This document shows positions 30,075-40,732 of a DNA stretch of 64,000 bases, one piece after another. The notes under the pieces are model-generated. The model saw only the letters and a list, made by a program, of their open reading frames with translations, did not search any database and had not been told where the DNA came from. Origin of the DNA: Candidatus Dormiibacterota bacterium (lineage in GTDB: Bacteria; Chloroflexota; Dormibacteria; Aeolococcales; Aeolococcaceae); the NCBI GenBank assembly GCA_963709585.1, contig CAVPXI010000015.1, forward strand, positions 1-64,000, written 5' to 3'. Each line of letters begins with the position of its first letter. Position 1 is the stretch's first letter. A program made the position numbers and the translations under genes.

Positions 30075-30158
30075 TTCCTCCGGACCGGCCGCCTGCATCA
30101 GGGCACGTGGCGCAGGCAGCAACGGCCTGGTGACGCGTAGCATCGGGACCACTCAGAG

Positions 30159-30704
30159 GTGAAGGGCGTGCGCAAGATCGTCGTGTACGAGTTGTTGTCC
30201 CTCGACGGGGTCGCCGAGGACCCAGATACGTTCTTCGCCGACTGGGACGAGGCGATGGACGCCAACCTTGCCGCTGTGATCGCGACACAGGACGCGGTCA
30301 TTCTCGGCCGACGTAGCTACACCGAGTGGGCGCAGTTCTGGCCGAGCAGCCAGATCCAGCCATTCGCGACTTTCATCAACGGGGTCACGAAGTATGTCGT
30401 CACATCTACGCCCCTTGATCGAGACTGGGCCAATGCGACGGTGCTCGACGGCGGGCTGGTCGAATTCGTTCAGGATCTCAAGCGGCAACGCGGAGGCGAT
30501 GTCGGCGTCCACGCAAGTATCTCGGTCGCGCAGGCGCTGCTCGCCGCCGACTTTGTCGACGAACTCAGGCTCGTGATAGCGCCGAGGATCGCCGGCCGCG
30601 GGCGACAACTCCTCGACGGCTTGCCATCGATTCAGCTCGAATCGATCCGAAGCGAGATCTCACCGACTGGCTATCTGCTCGTCGACTATCGCGTTGTTCG
30701 CTAA
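30159..30704 (+). CDS. Dihydrofolate reductase/RibD C-terminal family protein
   Basis: SLDG, LGRRSY, VDELRL...GRG. Confidence 0.88.
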   Translation: MKGVRKIVVYELLSLDGVAEDPDTFFADWDEAMDANLAAVIATQDAVILGRRSYTEWAQFWPSSQIQPFATFINGVTKYVVTSTPLDRDWANATVLDGGLVEFVQDLKRQRGGDVGVHASISVAQALLAADFVDELRLVIAPRIAGRGRQLLDGLPSIQLESIRSEISPTGYLLVDYRVVR

Positions 30705-30788
30705 CTGCTACCTCGAGGCGGCCCGCCACCGCTGCTCGGCAACGTTCGAGGCGTCGACGACGCGCCCTGACGACCGGATCGCAACACT

Positions 30789-33128
30789 TCAGTTGGTTCG
30801 GCTCCGTCTCCGAAGAATGGTCGGTACCGCGATCCCGATGATGAGCGCGCCAATGAGGAGTCCCACCATCACAGTTTTCCCGATGTTCGCGAGCAACCCG
30901 GCATCACCCTGCGGGCTACCTGTGTTGGTTGGGCAGGCGCTGAAGGTCAGGTAGGTTTCGTAGACGCCGCGGACGAAGTCGGTTCGATACTCGCTGCCGT
31001 CCAGGATCGAGTTTGCCACGCTAATCTGCCACGTCGCATCGTGCGGTGCGGGGCGTTGCAGGTACGCCAAGTCCTCGGCCGTCAGTCCCGGTCGCGCCAG
31101 CAGCACCTCGATGGTGCGCACAACAAAACCGGCGTCAGATCCACTCGCGTCTGCGTAATACTCTGAGGTGCCGAGAAGCGTTTCGAGAAGCGTTTCGTCC
31201 GGTGTCTGTACCGACGGGATGCCGCCGCCGAGCACTCCTTCCCCCGTGATCGTTTCAGACAGGTACGGGGCGCGCAGTAACAACTGCTGATAGTCGAGCG
31301 CGATGACTCGGTCTCTGTAGGCGAGGGCGCTGACCATGGCCGTGGCGAAGTCCAAGTGACCGCTGGCGTCGTTCGTGTACCGATCCAGCGCCGCCATGTA
31401 CTCCGCATCGGTTGGCGCACGACCGAGAAGATCCTCGTACACACCCCCGATCAGGCCGGTCTGCGTACTCTGGTGGTTCTGATAGTACTGCGGACTCCCG
31501 AGCACGCCTGCGATGATCCCCTCCTCGGTGGAACCACTCGTGAGCGAGGTGAGTGCCGTCGCGAGATCGTCGGGCGTTGGTGTCTGGACGGCACCGTTGG
31601 TGCATTCCTGTGCTGCGAGCTCGCGGCAGGTTGGGTGCAAGTAGTTGTCGAAGAACGACGTGATCTCAGCGCTGCGGAACGCCGAGCTCGAGAGCACTGC
31701 ACCAGCGGCTGCGAGTCGTGTCGAAGGGTCACCTTGGGCGATCTCGGTGCTGCTGACCGCATTGCTAGCAAGCTCGGCCGAGCTCGGAGATCGGCTCAAC
31801 AGGTCCGAGTACAACTTCGAGATGAAGCCGGTCGGTGAATCTCCCGCAGCCGCGTAGAAGTCGGACGCGCTAGCGATTGCCGCCACCATCGTTGTTCCAA
31901 GGGTGCCGGTGGTGGAACCGGAGCCGGGCAGGCGATTGACCCACATGGCCAGCTCGGCACTGTCCGGATAACGGTTCAAGAGGGTGTGAAACGCATTATC
32001 CACGCGAATCGCCCGCGCCTCGGGGCCGAGCACGATCTCCTGTGCGAGCTCGCTTCGCTCGGCGCCGTCGCCGCTCGCAAGGGTCGCGAGTGCGCTCGCG
32101 ACCTCTATAGGCGTTGGATCGCGCCGCAGCACGTCGTCGTAGAGCCGTATGACGAAGCCGAGCGGTCTGGAGCCGGCATCCGCGTAGTACTCCTTGGAGG
32201 CGAGCAGGTCGATCTGGATGGATGTGCCGTCTGCACCCGCAGCAAGCTGCGATGTGTAGGCGGCGAGTTCCCCTTGGGTGGGACGGCGTCCGTAGCCGCC
32301 CGAGCATGCAGCCCCTCCCTCGGGTGGCCCACCGCCCAACTCAGTCGGGCCTGGGCCGACGATGAACGGAGGTGGGGTCGGCAGTGGTGGCGGCGCAGGC
32401 GGTGGGATCGATCCCTTGGACGAGGATGAAGACGAGGTGGGGTGATTCGACGTTCCCGTTGCAGTTGGGCCCGACGTCGCGGGAGGGCCAGGGGAACCCG
32501 TGCCTGTCGGTGTGGAAGCTGGGCTGCCAGTAGTCGTCGGCGTCGGATTCGGCGTGAAGGTTGGGGTTGGGGTCGGCGTTGGCGTTGGCGTTGGTGTGGG
32601 CGTGGGCGTCGATGTGGGCGTCGGCGTCGGTGTGGGCGTGGGCGTCGGTGTGGGCGTCGGTGTGGGCGTCGGTGTGGGCGTAGGCGTCGGGGTCGGCGTG
32701 GGTATCGACGTGACGGTGAACCCGCCGCCATCGGTTGCCGAGCTTCCCGTGACCGGACAGATCGCCGTGGTGTCATCGCAAAGCACAGCAGTCACGCTGA
32801 TCGGACCCGGGTTCGCATCAGTCGGGACGATGCCGGAGACGATGCCCGAGCAACTGGTCGGAACGGCGGCCCCAGGGGGCATGGTCGTGGCGCCCGGATC
32901 GACCCAGGTGGCGTCAATCTCGAGTGCGTCGGTGCTCGCGACCCCGCAGTCCGGTTGATCCCAGGTGTAGTCGTAGATGACCGCGGTGCCAGGAGGTCCC
33001 GAGCTCGCGCTGGCACCGTCGAGCGAGAGATTCGGTGACGTCTGCGCCGCCACCGCCCTCGCGGTTGCCGTCGGCACCACGAGTGCGCAGACCACGACCA
33101 AGATCGCGAGGCCCGCCCCCTTGCGCAT
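30789..33128 (-). CDS. Secreted, C-terminally anchored DUF4214-repeat surface protein with Pro-Thr linker
   Basis: Signal peptide; (PT)n; repeats LY..LL.R.P...S.EY; C-terminal TM plus RRR. Confidence 0.8.
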   Translation of the reverse strand: MRKGAGLAILVVVCALVVPTATARAVAAQTSPNLSLDGASASSGPPGTAVIYDYTWDQPDCGVASTDALEIDATWVDPGATTMPPGAAVPTSCSGIVSGIVPTDANPGPISVTAVLCDDTTAICPVTGSSATDGGGFTVTSIPTPTPTPTPTPTPTPTPTPTPTPTPTPTPTSTPTPTPTPTPTPTPTPTFTPNPTPTTTGSPASTPTGTGSPGPPATSGPTATGTSNHPTSSSSSSKGSIPPPAPPPLPTPPPFIVGPGPTELGGGPPEGGAACSGGYGRRPTQGELAAYTSQLAAGADGTSIQIDLLASKEYYADAGSRPLGFVIRLYDDVLRRDPTPIEVASALATLASGDGAERSELAQEIVLGPEARAIRVDNAFHTLLNRYPDSAELAMWVNRLPGSGSTTGTLGTTMVAAIASASDFYAAAGDSPTGFISKLYSDLLSRSPSSAELASNAVSSTEIAQGDPSTRLAAAGAVLSSSAFRSAEITSFFDNYLHPTCRELAAQECTNGAVQTPTPDDLATALTSLTSGSTEEGIIAGVLGSPQYYQNHQSTQTGLIGGVYEDLLGRAPTDAEYMAALDRYTNDASGHLDFATAMVSALAYRDRVIALDYQQLLLRAPYLSETITGEGVLGGGIPSVQTPDETLLETLLGTSEYYADASGSDAGFVVRTIEVLLARPGLTAEDLAYLQRPAPHDATWQISVANSILDGSEYRTDFVRGVYETYLTFSACPTNTGSPQGDAGLLANIGKTVMVGLLIGALIIGIAVPTILRRRSRTN
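32559..32705 (-). repeat. Pro-Thr coding hexamer tandem repeat
   Basis: (GGCGTN/GGTGTG)n on plus strand. Confidence 0.9.
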
Positions 33129-33242
33129 GCGCCGAGTCTAATCGACGGCGCGGGGTCAGCTGGACGCGACCGAAGGGCCGTAGGGTGACTTCATCACTGA
33201 CGATCTGGGGCAGTTGAGCTCGCTCGTCCTCCCAGTGGCGAC

Positions 33243-33419
33243 CCCAATCGCGACGATCCCACCTAGTCTGACCGGCCGGCTATCGGCGCCAAGCCGATTT
33301 GAACTCTAATGCACGAGGTCTTCTGCCCAAAAACTAAAAAGTTCATGACAAAGGCGTGGTGATTTCGCTTCCAACGAAAGCCCTTGCACAGCAAGGCACA
33401 TTGCCTGATTCTAGGTTGA
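33243..33419. repeat. Diverged copy of 40480-40657 (island arm plus 3' tip of the phosphoesterase gene)
   Basis: CCAATC.CGACGATCC.ACCTAGTCTGA.CGGCCGGCT.TCGGCGCCAAGCCGATTTGAAC...AAAAACTAAAAAG...GGTTGA shared between the two. Confidence 0.9.
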
Positions 33420-33464
33420 TGGTCGGGGCGACTGGATTCGAACCAGCGACCCCCTGCTCCCAAA
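33420..33464 (-). mobile_element. att core: 3' 45 bp of tRNA-Pro, distal copy with 1 mismatch
   Basis: Matches 40658-40702 except one T-loop base; ends exactly after the anticodon loop. Confidence 0.92.
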
Positions 33465-33571
33465 ATAACAGGGGCAATGTGGATCTCAACTAGGCGATAT
33501 CGACCATTTTGCAAGGGATTTCGCGAGTGGGGTAAAGGGGCCCTGATCGTCCCCGTCCGCGTTCATCTGAG

Positions 33572-34133
33572 CTAGGAGAGCGCGAGCATCGCCGCCGCGA
33601 CCTCACCGGCGTCCGCATCGCGGATCGCCGTCGCGGCCCGTTCGAGCACCAGCAGCCGCGCGCCGGAGATCTCGCGTGCGAGCGCTTCGCCATTGCCGAC
33701 CGGGAAGAACGGGTCGCGGCGACCGTGCACCACCAATGCCGGGATCGCGAGTTCGGACAGCCGCTCGCGCCAGCGCGGGTTGCAGTCGAGCTTGGCGAAC
33801 ACCATGCCCAGCTGGTTGGCCATCTGCACCGCCGACGCCGATGCCCGCCAGGTGCGCCGGCAGGCCGTCGAGTTCGCGGGCGAGCGCTGCGGCATCGGCT
33901 GCAAGATCGCGCAACGTGTACGCGGGAGCCTCCGGATCGATCGTGGTTGACGCACCGGAATCGCGCAGGTCGTACCGTACGACGTGGCGCCCGCCGCGCG
34001 CGATCGCCTCGCAGAGCGCGTCGGGCCAGGACATCATTGTCGTGCCGCCCGCGAGCAGAACGAGCGGTGCCTCAGCATCACCGAAGAACTCGACCCCGAG
34101 CGTGACTCCGTCAGTCTTGACGGTCGTCATCAA
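33572..34133 (-). pseudogene. Alpha/beta hydrolase with internal deletion and frameshift
   Basis: N-part ...RYDLRDSG...AHLAGIGVGG fused out of frame to the C-part VQMANQLG...VVHGRRDPFFP; the cap region is missing. Confidence 0.8.
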
Positions 34134-34192
34134 GATTCCGCCGTCGAAATGACGCGGCCGGACGTGCGAAATGAGTGGATCATCGGGTACAT
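34130..34192 (-). CDS. Putative 20-aa leader peptide MYPMIHSFRTSGRVISTAES
   Basis: GGAGG RBS; stop overlaps the hydrolase start (TGATG). Confidence 0.45.
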   Translation of the reverse strand: MYPMIHSFRTSGRVISTAES

Positions 34193-34407
34193 GGTGAACC
34201 TCCAGTGGCGCAGGGACGGCGGCACAAGCTACGCGTCCCCGTCGGTCGTATAGGTCGCATCGAACGTCCGCGGCTGAGCTTGACTCTCAGAGATGGACGA
34301 CTGGCGGGGCAAAAACTTATCGAACCCCAGACCGCAACGGAACCATGAGCGGGCATTCGTCGACTGCCTCTGGGCGCGATCGCCGCTGCCTGCGCGAAGA
34401 TCCGTCG

Positions 34408-35244
34408 ATGCCACACCGGGCGCTGACCTCAGCCGAGATCTCCTTACCCATGCACCCCGACACTGCACGTGTCACAGAGCGGATCGCACAGCTGGCGCGG
34501 GACGTCGAACTGGTCGTGCTCACCGACAATCACGCTGGGCAGCCCCGGATGTCGCCACTTGCGGCGGTGGCCCTGGCGAGAGAGCAGGGCGTCCGGACCG
34601 TGGTCCATATCTCGGCGCGGGATCGCAACCGACTAGCGCTCCAGAGCGAGGTGATTGGCGCTGCCGCCCTCGGCTGCGACGGAATCGTCTGCCTCCACGG
34701 CGACGACGTTCCCGGGATTGCCCGGGTCGGCGACATGACCGGGACGCAGCTGCTCGCTGCTGCCGGGGAATGGCTGGCCCCGCTGCCAATCGTACGGGGC
34801 TGCGTATTGAACCCGTTTGCCACCGACCCCGACAGAGAGCTGCGGCTGCTCCGACGCAAGCTTGAGTGCGGTGCAACCTTCGCTCATACCCAGATGTGTT
34901 TCAGCATCCCCGCTCTGATCGGGTTCTTGGATCGCGCTGGCGAGGCGGGGCTGCTGAAGCAATTGCGCGTTTACGTGACCGTAGGAGTCCTGCGGAGTCG
35001 CGCCATGGCTGATCGTGCCCGCTCCCTGCCTGGCTGCGACCTGCCTGACTCGGCCTATGCCCAGGTGTGCGCCGGGGGAGGACGCGAGTTGGCCCTTGAG
35101 ATGGCACAGCGCCTAGCCGATCTTCCGGTGGTGGACGCGCTTCATGTCATGCCCTTGGGCGACGAGCCCACCGCCGCCCAAGTGGCAGCCACCTTCCGCC
35201 GTGCCCGGCAGGTCGTCCCGAGGCATGGGGTCGCGGGCCCTTGA
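34408..35244 (+). CDS. Methylenetetrahydrofolate reductase-like protein (MetF/YitJ-type domain)
   Basis: LTDN, HISARDRNRLALQS, CLHGD, RKLECGA..AHTQ, HVM. Confidence 0.8.
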   Translation: MPHRALTSAEISLPMHPDTARVTERIAQLARDVELVVLTDNHAGQPRMSPLAAVALAREQGVRTVVHISARDRNRLALQSEVIGAAALGCDGIVCLHGDDVPGIARVGDMTGTQLLAAAGEWLAPLPIVRGCVLNPFATDPDRELRLLRRKLECGATFAHTQMCFSIPALIGFLDRAGEAGLLKQLRVYVTVGVLRSRAMADRARSLPGCDLPDSAYAQVCAGGGRELALEMAQRLADLPVVDALHVMPLGDEPTAAQVAATFRRARQVVPRHGVAGP

Positions 35245-35479
35245 CTGGCCCCCATGCAAGCGAAGGGTCGACCCTCCGCTCAACGATCCGTGGCCGCACG
35301 TCCGCGCCCGATGAGCCGCCAGTGCCTGGACCGCGACCGGGGATGGGGACGTCCTTTAGGGACAGTCCGTTAGACGCTTAACACGGACTTTTTTGACCCG
35401 CCTAGCAGCCGCTGGCTCTCCGACACGACCCGCCCGAAACGCCTTTTGTGTCAACGATAATCCGGCGCTAGCTGGTCGA

Positions 35480-35524
35480 TGGTCGGGGCGACTGGACTCG
35501 AACCAGCGACCCCCTGCTCCCAAA
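35480..35524 (-). mobile_element. att core: 3' 45 bp of tRNA-Pro, identical copy
   Basis: Identical to 40658-40702. Confidence 0.95.
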
Positions 35525-35737
35525 CTACCGAAGGCTATTTCGATCTCCAGGGGGCGTCGAGGCAATTTTGCGAGCGAATTTGCCCTTCGCATGTTGACGG
35601 CTGAAATATGTTTGGGCCTAATGCAGGTCCCGCGCAGTGCGTCAGCCGCGGTCACTGAGCTTCCCCTCCCCGTCTGAGAACAGGACGCTCGGGTGACCGA
35701 GGGTGATGCCCTTCGGTGCGTGCTGGATATCTTCCCG

Positions 35738-36191
35738 TCATCGGACTATCGTTCGCCCAGGCGCCCGGGCATCTGGAGCGGCGATCTCCGAGCTGTTGCT
35801 CGCAGTGGGTACGACCATGGTTAGAAAGCAAATCAAGCGCGTCCGTTGAGTGCTGCCATTGCTGGCAATCGGCGTGGTGCTCGCCGATACGGAGGGGACG
35901 GTGACCGCCTCCACGCCCCCACGATTTGTGGTGAGTCCGCTCGTACGGCGATGCTTCCTGCCGCTGCGACGACGGACGGTCCCACTGTCGGGTAGTCGAA
36001 GAGCCACTGCCCGGCTCGCTCGCGGCGTGCAGCGCGCATTCAGGAGCGTCGACGCGGAGGGCTGGGAGCTACTCTGCCCTTGCGCCGTAAGTCGAAGCCC
36101 ATACCAGGAGACGACGACGATGATGATCACCACCGCGACCACGTAGACAGCGACTTCCTTGACGCCGAACTCTCTTCTTTTCGATTCTCAT
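35738..36191 (-). pseudogene. Membrane-anchored hypothetical protein, frameshifted or truncated
   Basis: ATG at 36191 joins the TM frame (MRIEKKRVGVKEVAVYVVAVVIIIVVVSW) if one T is removed from GAGTTC at 36167-36172. Confidence 0.45.
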
Positions 36192-36393
36192 GGCCCCCAT
36201 AGCCCGCCGTGAGCACCTCGGACCCCGGCCCAAACTCACCTACTTACCGCCGGCGGAAGAGGCGCTTGTTACCGGAGCCGCGACGGCGTATCTTTCAACA
36301 CCCCGGATCTGTGGTGATCTCTGACCAGAGGATCAGCTGAGTCAGCCACCGCGGTGACCGGAGAGCATCGGAACCCTGGGGAGGGTCTGAGCA

Positions 36394-39300
36394 ATGGGAA
36401 GGCGCTACCGCCGCCGGCACCTGGGCGGACGATGGACGGCCATTTTCCTCAGCGGTCTGCTGTGCTTCGTTGTGGCGGGTAGCCTGCCCGCTCAAGGGGC
36501 CGGTTCCGGAGTCAGCGTGACATCGTTCGGTGCTGCATCCGGCCCGGCGCTCTCGGTCTCGTCGTTTGGGGCGGCCAACAGCACGCTGAGCCTGACCCAG
36601 CAAGCAATCCCGATCACGGCCACCGCCACCGGCGATCTGCTCGTCGCGACCATCCGCACCCGCACCACCAGCGGCGCGCCGGCCACGGTCAGCACCGTCA
36701 CCGATTCGGCGAACAACAAGTGGCTCCCGGCGGTGCAGTTCCCCTCGGGCAGCCAGAATGATGAGGAGATCTGGTATGCGCCAGGGGCGGCTGGCCTCAG
36801 CACTTCGGGAGCCGTCACCGTCACGGTGAGCGCCAGCGCTGCGATCGCCGTCACCGTGCTGGACGTCGCCGGCACCTCCTCGGCGTCGCTCGACGTGATC
36901 GCCCACAACTCGGGGAGCAGCACCGGCGCTTCGACGGGAACCACGCCAACAACCGCGACCGCATACGAGCTCGCGGTTGCCGACATCGGCTGGAGCGCCG
37001 CGGTCACCACGAGTTCGCCGACCGCCGGATACGCCCCGACCGCCCTGGAGCAGTCCTCGGTGAGCGGCGACAAGGCAGGGGAGCAAGCGGCTTGGCAGGA
37101 GCTCGCCACCACCGGGACGGAGAGCTATGCGGTCACCCTGAGCGGTTCCTACGCCTGGACGGGAGCGATCGCGATCTTTGAGATCGGAGCGTCGGGCACC
37201 CCGAGCCCCACACCGAGCCCGACCCCGACGGCCACCCCGACCCCAAGCCCATCGACGACACCCAGCCCCACCCCCTCAGCGACGCCTCCGCACATCATGG
37301 TGATCGTGGAGGAGAACCAGGAGTACGGCAGCATCATCGGCAACACCAACGGCGCTCCGTACATCAACGGCCTGGCGAGCACCAACACCGTGGCCACCAA
37401 CTGGTACGGGGTCGAGCACAACAGTCCCACCGACTACATGGACCTTATCTCGGGGTCCGACCAGGGATACGCCGGGACGACGAAGAAGAGCCCGCCCTTT
37501 TCCGGCACGACCCTGGTGGACGAGCTGGATGCCGCCAGGATTCCCTGGCAGGCATACATGGAGACAATGCCCTCCGCCTGCTACACGGGAAATCCCACCT
37601 CGACCGGGCTCTACGTGCCCAAGCACAACCCCTTCCACTTTTTCAGCAATTACAAGAACTGGTGCGGAAACCTCACCGTCCAGGGAGTCGTGCCCTACCC
37701 TGGCGCCAGCTCGCTGGTCAGCGCTCTAGATAGCAGCAACCCACCCGACTTCACCTGGATCACGCCCAACGAGTGCGATGACATGGAGGGCGACACGGTG
37801 AGCGGCAGCCCGTGCGGAGGCGAAAGTACCGCGCAACTGATCACGGCTGGCGATACCTGGCTGAAGAATAACCTCGGGCCCATCCTCAGCTCCACATGGT
37901 TCCAGGACAACGGCGTCGTGATCCTCACCTGGGACGAGGGCACGAGCAGCGCCGGGTTGGCGGGGGCCAGCCCGCCAGATGACGGCGGCTGCACTGCGCC
38001 CCACGTGCCCGAGTGCGGAGGCCACATCGCCACCCTGGTGATCGCCTCCAAGTCCGCCGGGAGCTTCAGCGCCGGCGGAGACCACTTTGGGGCCCTGCGC
38101 GGAATCGAGGAAGCCTACGGGGTCGGCCTGCTGGGGCACTCGGGCGGCACGAACGATGGCGATCTAGAGCCCGCCTTCGGCCTGCAAACGCCGACGCCGA
38201 CCCCGAGCCCGACGCCAACGCCGACGCCAACGCCAACGCCGACCCCCACTCCTACGCCCACGCCGACGCCGACACCAACGCCAACGCCAACGCCAACGCC
38301 AACGCCTACCCCCACGCCAACCCCGACACCGACGCCGACGCCCACCCCGACGCCGACGCCCACCCCCACGCCAACCCCGACACCGACGCCGACGCCCACC
38401 CCGACGCCGACGCCCACCCCCACGCCAACCCCGACACCGACGCCGACGCCCACCCCCACGCCAACCCCGACACCGACGCCGAGCCCAACACCCACTCCCG
38501 GGTCCTCGGGCTCCTTCGGTGCAGGGGGCAGCGCGCTGGCGGCGACGCTATCGGCCAACGCCGGCATTCCCACCCATGGTGGCGACCTCCTGGTGGTCAC
38601 CATCAAGCTGCGCAACACCACCGCCTCACCGAGCGTGAGCAGCGTCTCCAACTCCACCAGCGGTCAGAACGTGTGGCAGCGAGCGTTGTCCGTCAAGAGC
38701 GGGACCCAGGCTGAGGAGGAGATCTGGTATGCCTCCAACACCCAGAGCGTCACCAGCGTCACTGTCACCGCGACTGCGAGCTCGGCGATCGCCTTTACCG
38801 TGCTCGACGTCAACGGCGTGTCGTCGCCCGATGCCACGGCGACGGGTTTCGGGAGCGGGACGGCGGCATCGACCGGGACGGCCCTCGCCACCGCGGCTCC
38901 GGAGGTGACGGTAGCCGCCATCGGCTGGAATGCCGGCGTCACGCCTAGTGGTCAGTCCCCCGGATACACTCTGACCGTTCCTGAGCAGTCGACGGCGAGC
39001 GGAAGCGCTACCGGCGAGCAGGCCGCGTACGAGGTGCTGACCGCCACCGGCCCACAGTCATATGCCGCGACCCTCAGCGGGTCGGTGGTGTGGACGGCAG
39101 GCCTGGTCACCTTCAAGGGAACCATCACCGCCCCGCCAACGCCAACGCCGACTCCGACGACCACCCCGACGTCCACCCCAACGCCCACGTCGTCACCATC
39201 GCCGACGCCCACGCCTGGCACCACGCCCATCAAGCACATCGTCGTTTTCTACCAAGAGAATCACAGCTTCGACAACGTGCTCGGCGCTCTCTGCGCCGCC

Positions 39301-40503
39301 AACACCCGGGCGACGCCTTGCGACGGAGCGACCAGCGGGCTGCTGCCGAACGGTACGGTTCAGCCGCTGGGCCAGGCAGCGGATGTGATCCCCGACGTCG
39401 ATCACAGCGTGGCCGGGCAGACGACCGCGATGGATGGCGGGAAGATGGATGGGTTCGCCAACATCGGCGGCTGCGGGGCGCCCAGCTACGCCTGCTACAC
39501 CGAGTTCGAGCCGAGCCAGATCCCGAACCTCGCCGCCTTGGCGACCACGTTCACGGTCTCCGACAGGACCTTCGAGTTTGGTGCGGTGCCCAGCTGGGGA
39601 GGTCACCTCACCCTGGTGGCGCAGACCCTTGACGGTTTCCTCGGCGACAATCCCTTCTACAACACCGCCGCGTCCCCCCCGCCTCAGGGGAATGGATGGG
39701 GGTGCGATTCCAACAACGACGAGTACTGGTCCGCGCCCGGGTCCTCCACCCTGGTCCCGGAACCAGCCTGCATCCCCGATCCCTCGCTCAACCCCATCCA
39801 GTACCCCTATGGCGGCGCCTACCGCTCAACCCCCGTGCAGCACGTGGACACGATCATGGACCGCCTCGACGCCGCTGGGCTGAGCTGGAAGCTGTACACG
39901 AGCCAGGGCGGCGTCTACACCTGGTCGATCTGCCCATCGTTTGCGGACTGCCTGGACACCAGCCAGGCCGCCAACATGGTGCCCCCCAGCCAGTTCATCA
40001 CCGACGCCCAGGCGGGGACCCTGCCCAGCTTTTCCGTCCTCCTTCCTCAGGGCGACTCCGGGTCAACCTCGCAGCACAACGGCACATCGATGTTGGAGGG
40101 CGACAACTGGATCGGCTCAGCGGTGAGCGCTGTGGAGAATGGTCCCGACTGGGCATCGACGGTGATCTTCATCACCTACGACGACTGCGGCTGCTTCTAC
40201 GATCACGTGGCGCCCCCACCCGGCCTGGGGATTCGGGTGCCGATGGTAATCGTCAGCCCCTACGCCAAGCCCGGCTACACCAACTCGAACATCGCCTCCT
40301 ACGCCTCCTTGCTCGCCTACACCGAGCACACCCTGGGGCTCGCGCCCCTGGGTGCCAACGATGCCGGCGCCTACGACTTCAGCAACGCGTTCGACTATCA
40401 GCAGACGCCGCTCAGCGGTGCGGCGATGATCCAGCGGCCCATCCCTCCGCAGGAGCAGGCGTACTTGGCCGCCCATCCGCCCAATCCCGACGATCCGACC
40501 TAG
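36394..40503 (+). CDS. 1369-aa secreted double phosphoesterase (acid phosphatase-like + phospholipase C-like domains) with duplicated beta-rich domains and PT linkers
   Basis: HIMVIVEEN...KHNPF...TWDEG; [15 protein letters not shown]...[12 protein letters not shown]...GIRVP; two GDLLV...EEIWYA...GEQAA domains. Confidence 0.88.
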   Translation: MGRRYRRRHLGGRWTAIFLSGLLCFVVAGSLPAQGAGSGVSVTSFGAASGPALSVSSFGAANSTLSLTQQAIPITATATGDLLVATIRTRTTSGAPATVSTVTDSANNKWLPAVQFPSGSQNDEEIWYAPGAAGLSTSGAVTVTVSASAAIAVTVLDVAGTSSASLDVIAHNSGSSTGASTGTTPTTATAYELAVADIGWSAAVTTSSPTAGYAPTALEQSSVSGDKAGEQAAWQELATTGTESYAVTLSGSYAWTGAIAIFEIGASGTPSPTPSPTPTATPTPSPSTTPSPTPSATPPHIMVIVEENQEYGSIIGNTNGAPYINGLASTNTVATNWYGVEHNSPTDYMDLISGSDQGYAGTTKKSPPFSGTTLVDELDAARIPWQAYMETMPSACYTGNPTSTGLYVPKHNPFHFFSNYKNWCGNLTVQGVVPYPGASSLVSALDSSNPPDFTWITPNECDDMEGDTVSGSPCGGESTAQLITAGDTWLKNNLGPILSSTWFQDNGVVILTWDEGTSSAGLAGASPPDDGGCTAPHVPECGGHIATLVIASKSAGSFSAGGDHFGALRGIEEAYGVGLLGHSGGTNDGDLEPAFGLQTPTPTPSPTPTPTPTPTPTPTPTPTPTPTPTPTPTPTPTPTPTPTPTPTPTPTPTPTPTPTPTPTPTPTPTPTPTPTPTPTPTPTPTPTPTPTPTPTPSPTPTPGSSGSFGAGGSALAATLSANAGIPTHGGDLLVVTIKLRNTTASPSVSSVSNSTSGQNVWQRALSVKSGTQAEEEIWYASNTQSVTSVTVTATASSAIAFTVLDVNGVSSPDATATGFGSGTAASTGTALATAAPEVTVAAIGWNAGVTPSGQSPGYTLTVPEQSTASGSATGEQAAYEVLTATGPQSYAATLSGSVVWTAGLVTFKGTITAPPTPTPTPTTTPTSTPTPTSSPSPTPTPGTTPIKHIVVFYQENHSFDNVLGALCAANTRATPCDGATSGLLPNGTVQPLGQAADVIPDVDHSVAGQTTAMDGGKMDGFANIGGCGAPSYACYTEFEPSQIPNLAALATTFTVSDRTFEFGAVPSWGGHLTLVAQTLDGFLGDNPFYNTAASPPPQGNGWGCDSNNDEYWSAPGSSTLVPEPACIPDPSLNPIQYPYGGAYRSTPVQHVDTIMDRLDAAGLSWKLYTSQGGVYTWSICPSFADCLDTSQAANMVPPSQFITDAQAGTLPSFSVLLPQGDSGSTSQHNGTSMLEGDNWIGSAVSAVENGPDWASTVIFITYDDCGCFYDHVAPPPGLGIRVPMVIVSPYAKPGYTNSNIASYASLLAYTEHTLGLAPLGANDAGAYDFSNAFDYQQTPLSGAAMIQRPIPPQEQAYLAAHPPNPDDPT
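38188..38499 (+). repeat. ~50-unit Thr-Pro coding tandem repeat with higher-order 36/48-bp periodicity
   Basis: ACGCCCACCCCCACGCCAACCCCGACACCGACGCCG recurs. Confidence 0.92.
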
Positions 40504-40657
40504 TCTGATCGGCCGGCTGTCGGCGCCAAGCCGATTTGAACACTTTTGCACGAGGTTTTTTGCCCCAAAAACTAAAAAGGTCACCACAAATGCGTGGTGG
40601 TTTCGTGTCCAACAAAAGTCCTTGCACACCAAGGACTTGTTCATGATTTCGGGTTGA

Positions 40658-40732
40658 TGGTCGGGGCGACTGGACTCGAACCAGCGACCCCCTGCTCCCA
40701 AAGCAGGTGCGCTACCACTGCGCCACGCCCCG
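40658..40732 (-). tRNA. tRNA-Pro(TGG)
   Basis: CGGGGCG acceptor stem, D arm GCGC-AGTGGTA-GCGC, CCTGC-TTTGGGA-GCAGG, TTCGAGT T-loop, CCA end. Confidence 0.97.

Larger units (their letters stand above)
33420..35524. mobile_element. Integrase-free tRNA-Pro island B (~2.06 kb)
   Basis: Bounded by att cores at 33420 and 35480; cargo is a hydrolase pseudogene and a MetF-like gene. Confidence 0.7.
35480..40702. mobile_element. Integrase-free tRNA-Pro island A (~5.18 kb)
   Basis: Bounded by the att core at 35480 and the intact tRNA; no recombinase ORF inside. Confidence 0.72.

Noticed and set aside
34200-34407. SAM riboswitch upstream of the MetF-like gene
   Set aside because: I could not match SAM-I or SAM-IV conserved cores by eye; an Infernal/Rfam search would settle it
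33420-35524. Additional tRNA genes at 33420 and 35480
   Set aside because: Only the 3' 45 nt are present; there is no D arm or 5' acceptor strand
32559-38499. CRISPR array suggested by the repetitive tracts
   Set aside because: The repeats are coding hexamers with no unique spacers, and no cas genes are present
38115-38657. (Val-Gly)n ORFs here and at 32500-32958
   Set aside because: They are the reverse complement of Pro-Thr linkers
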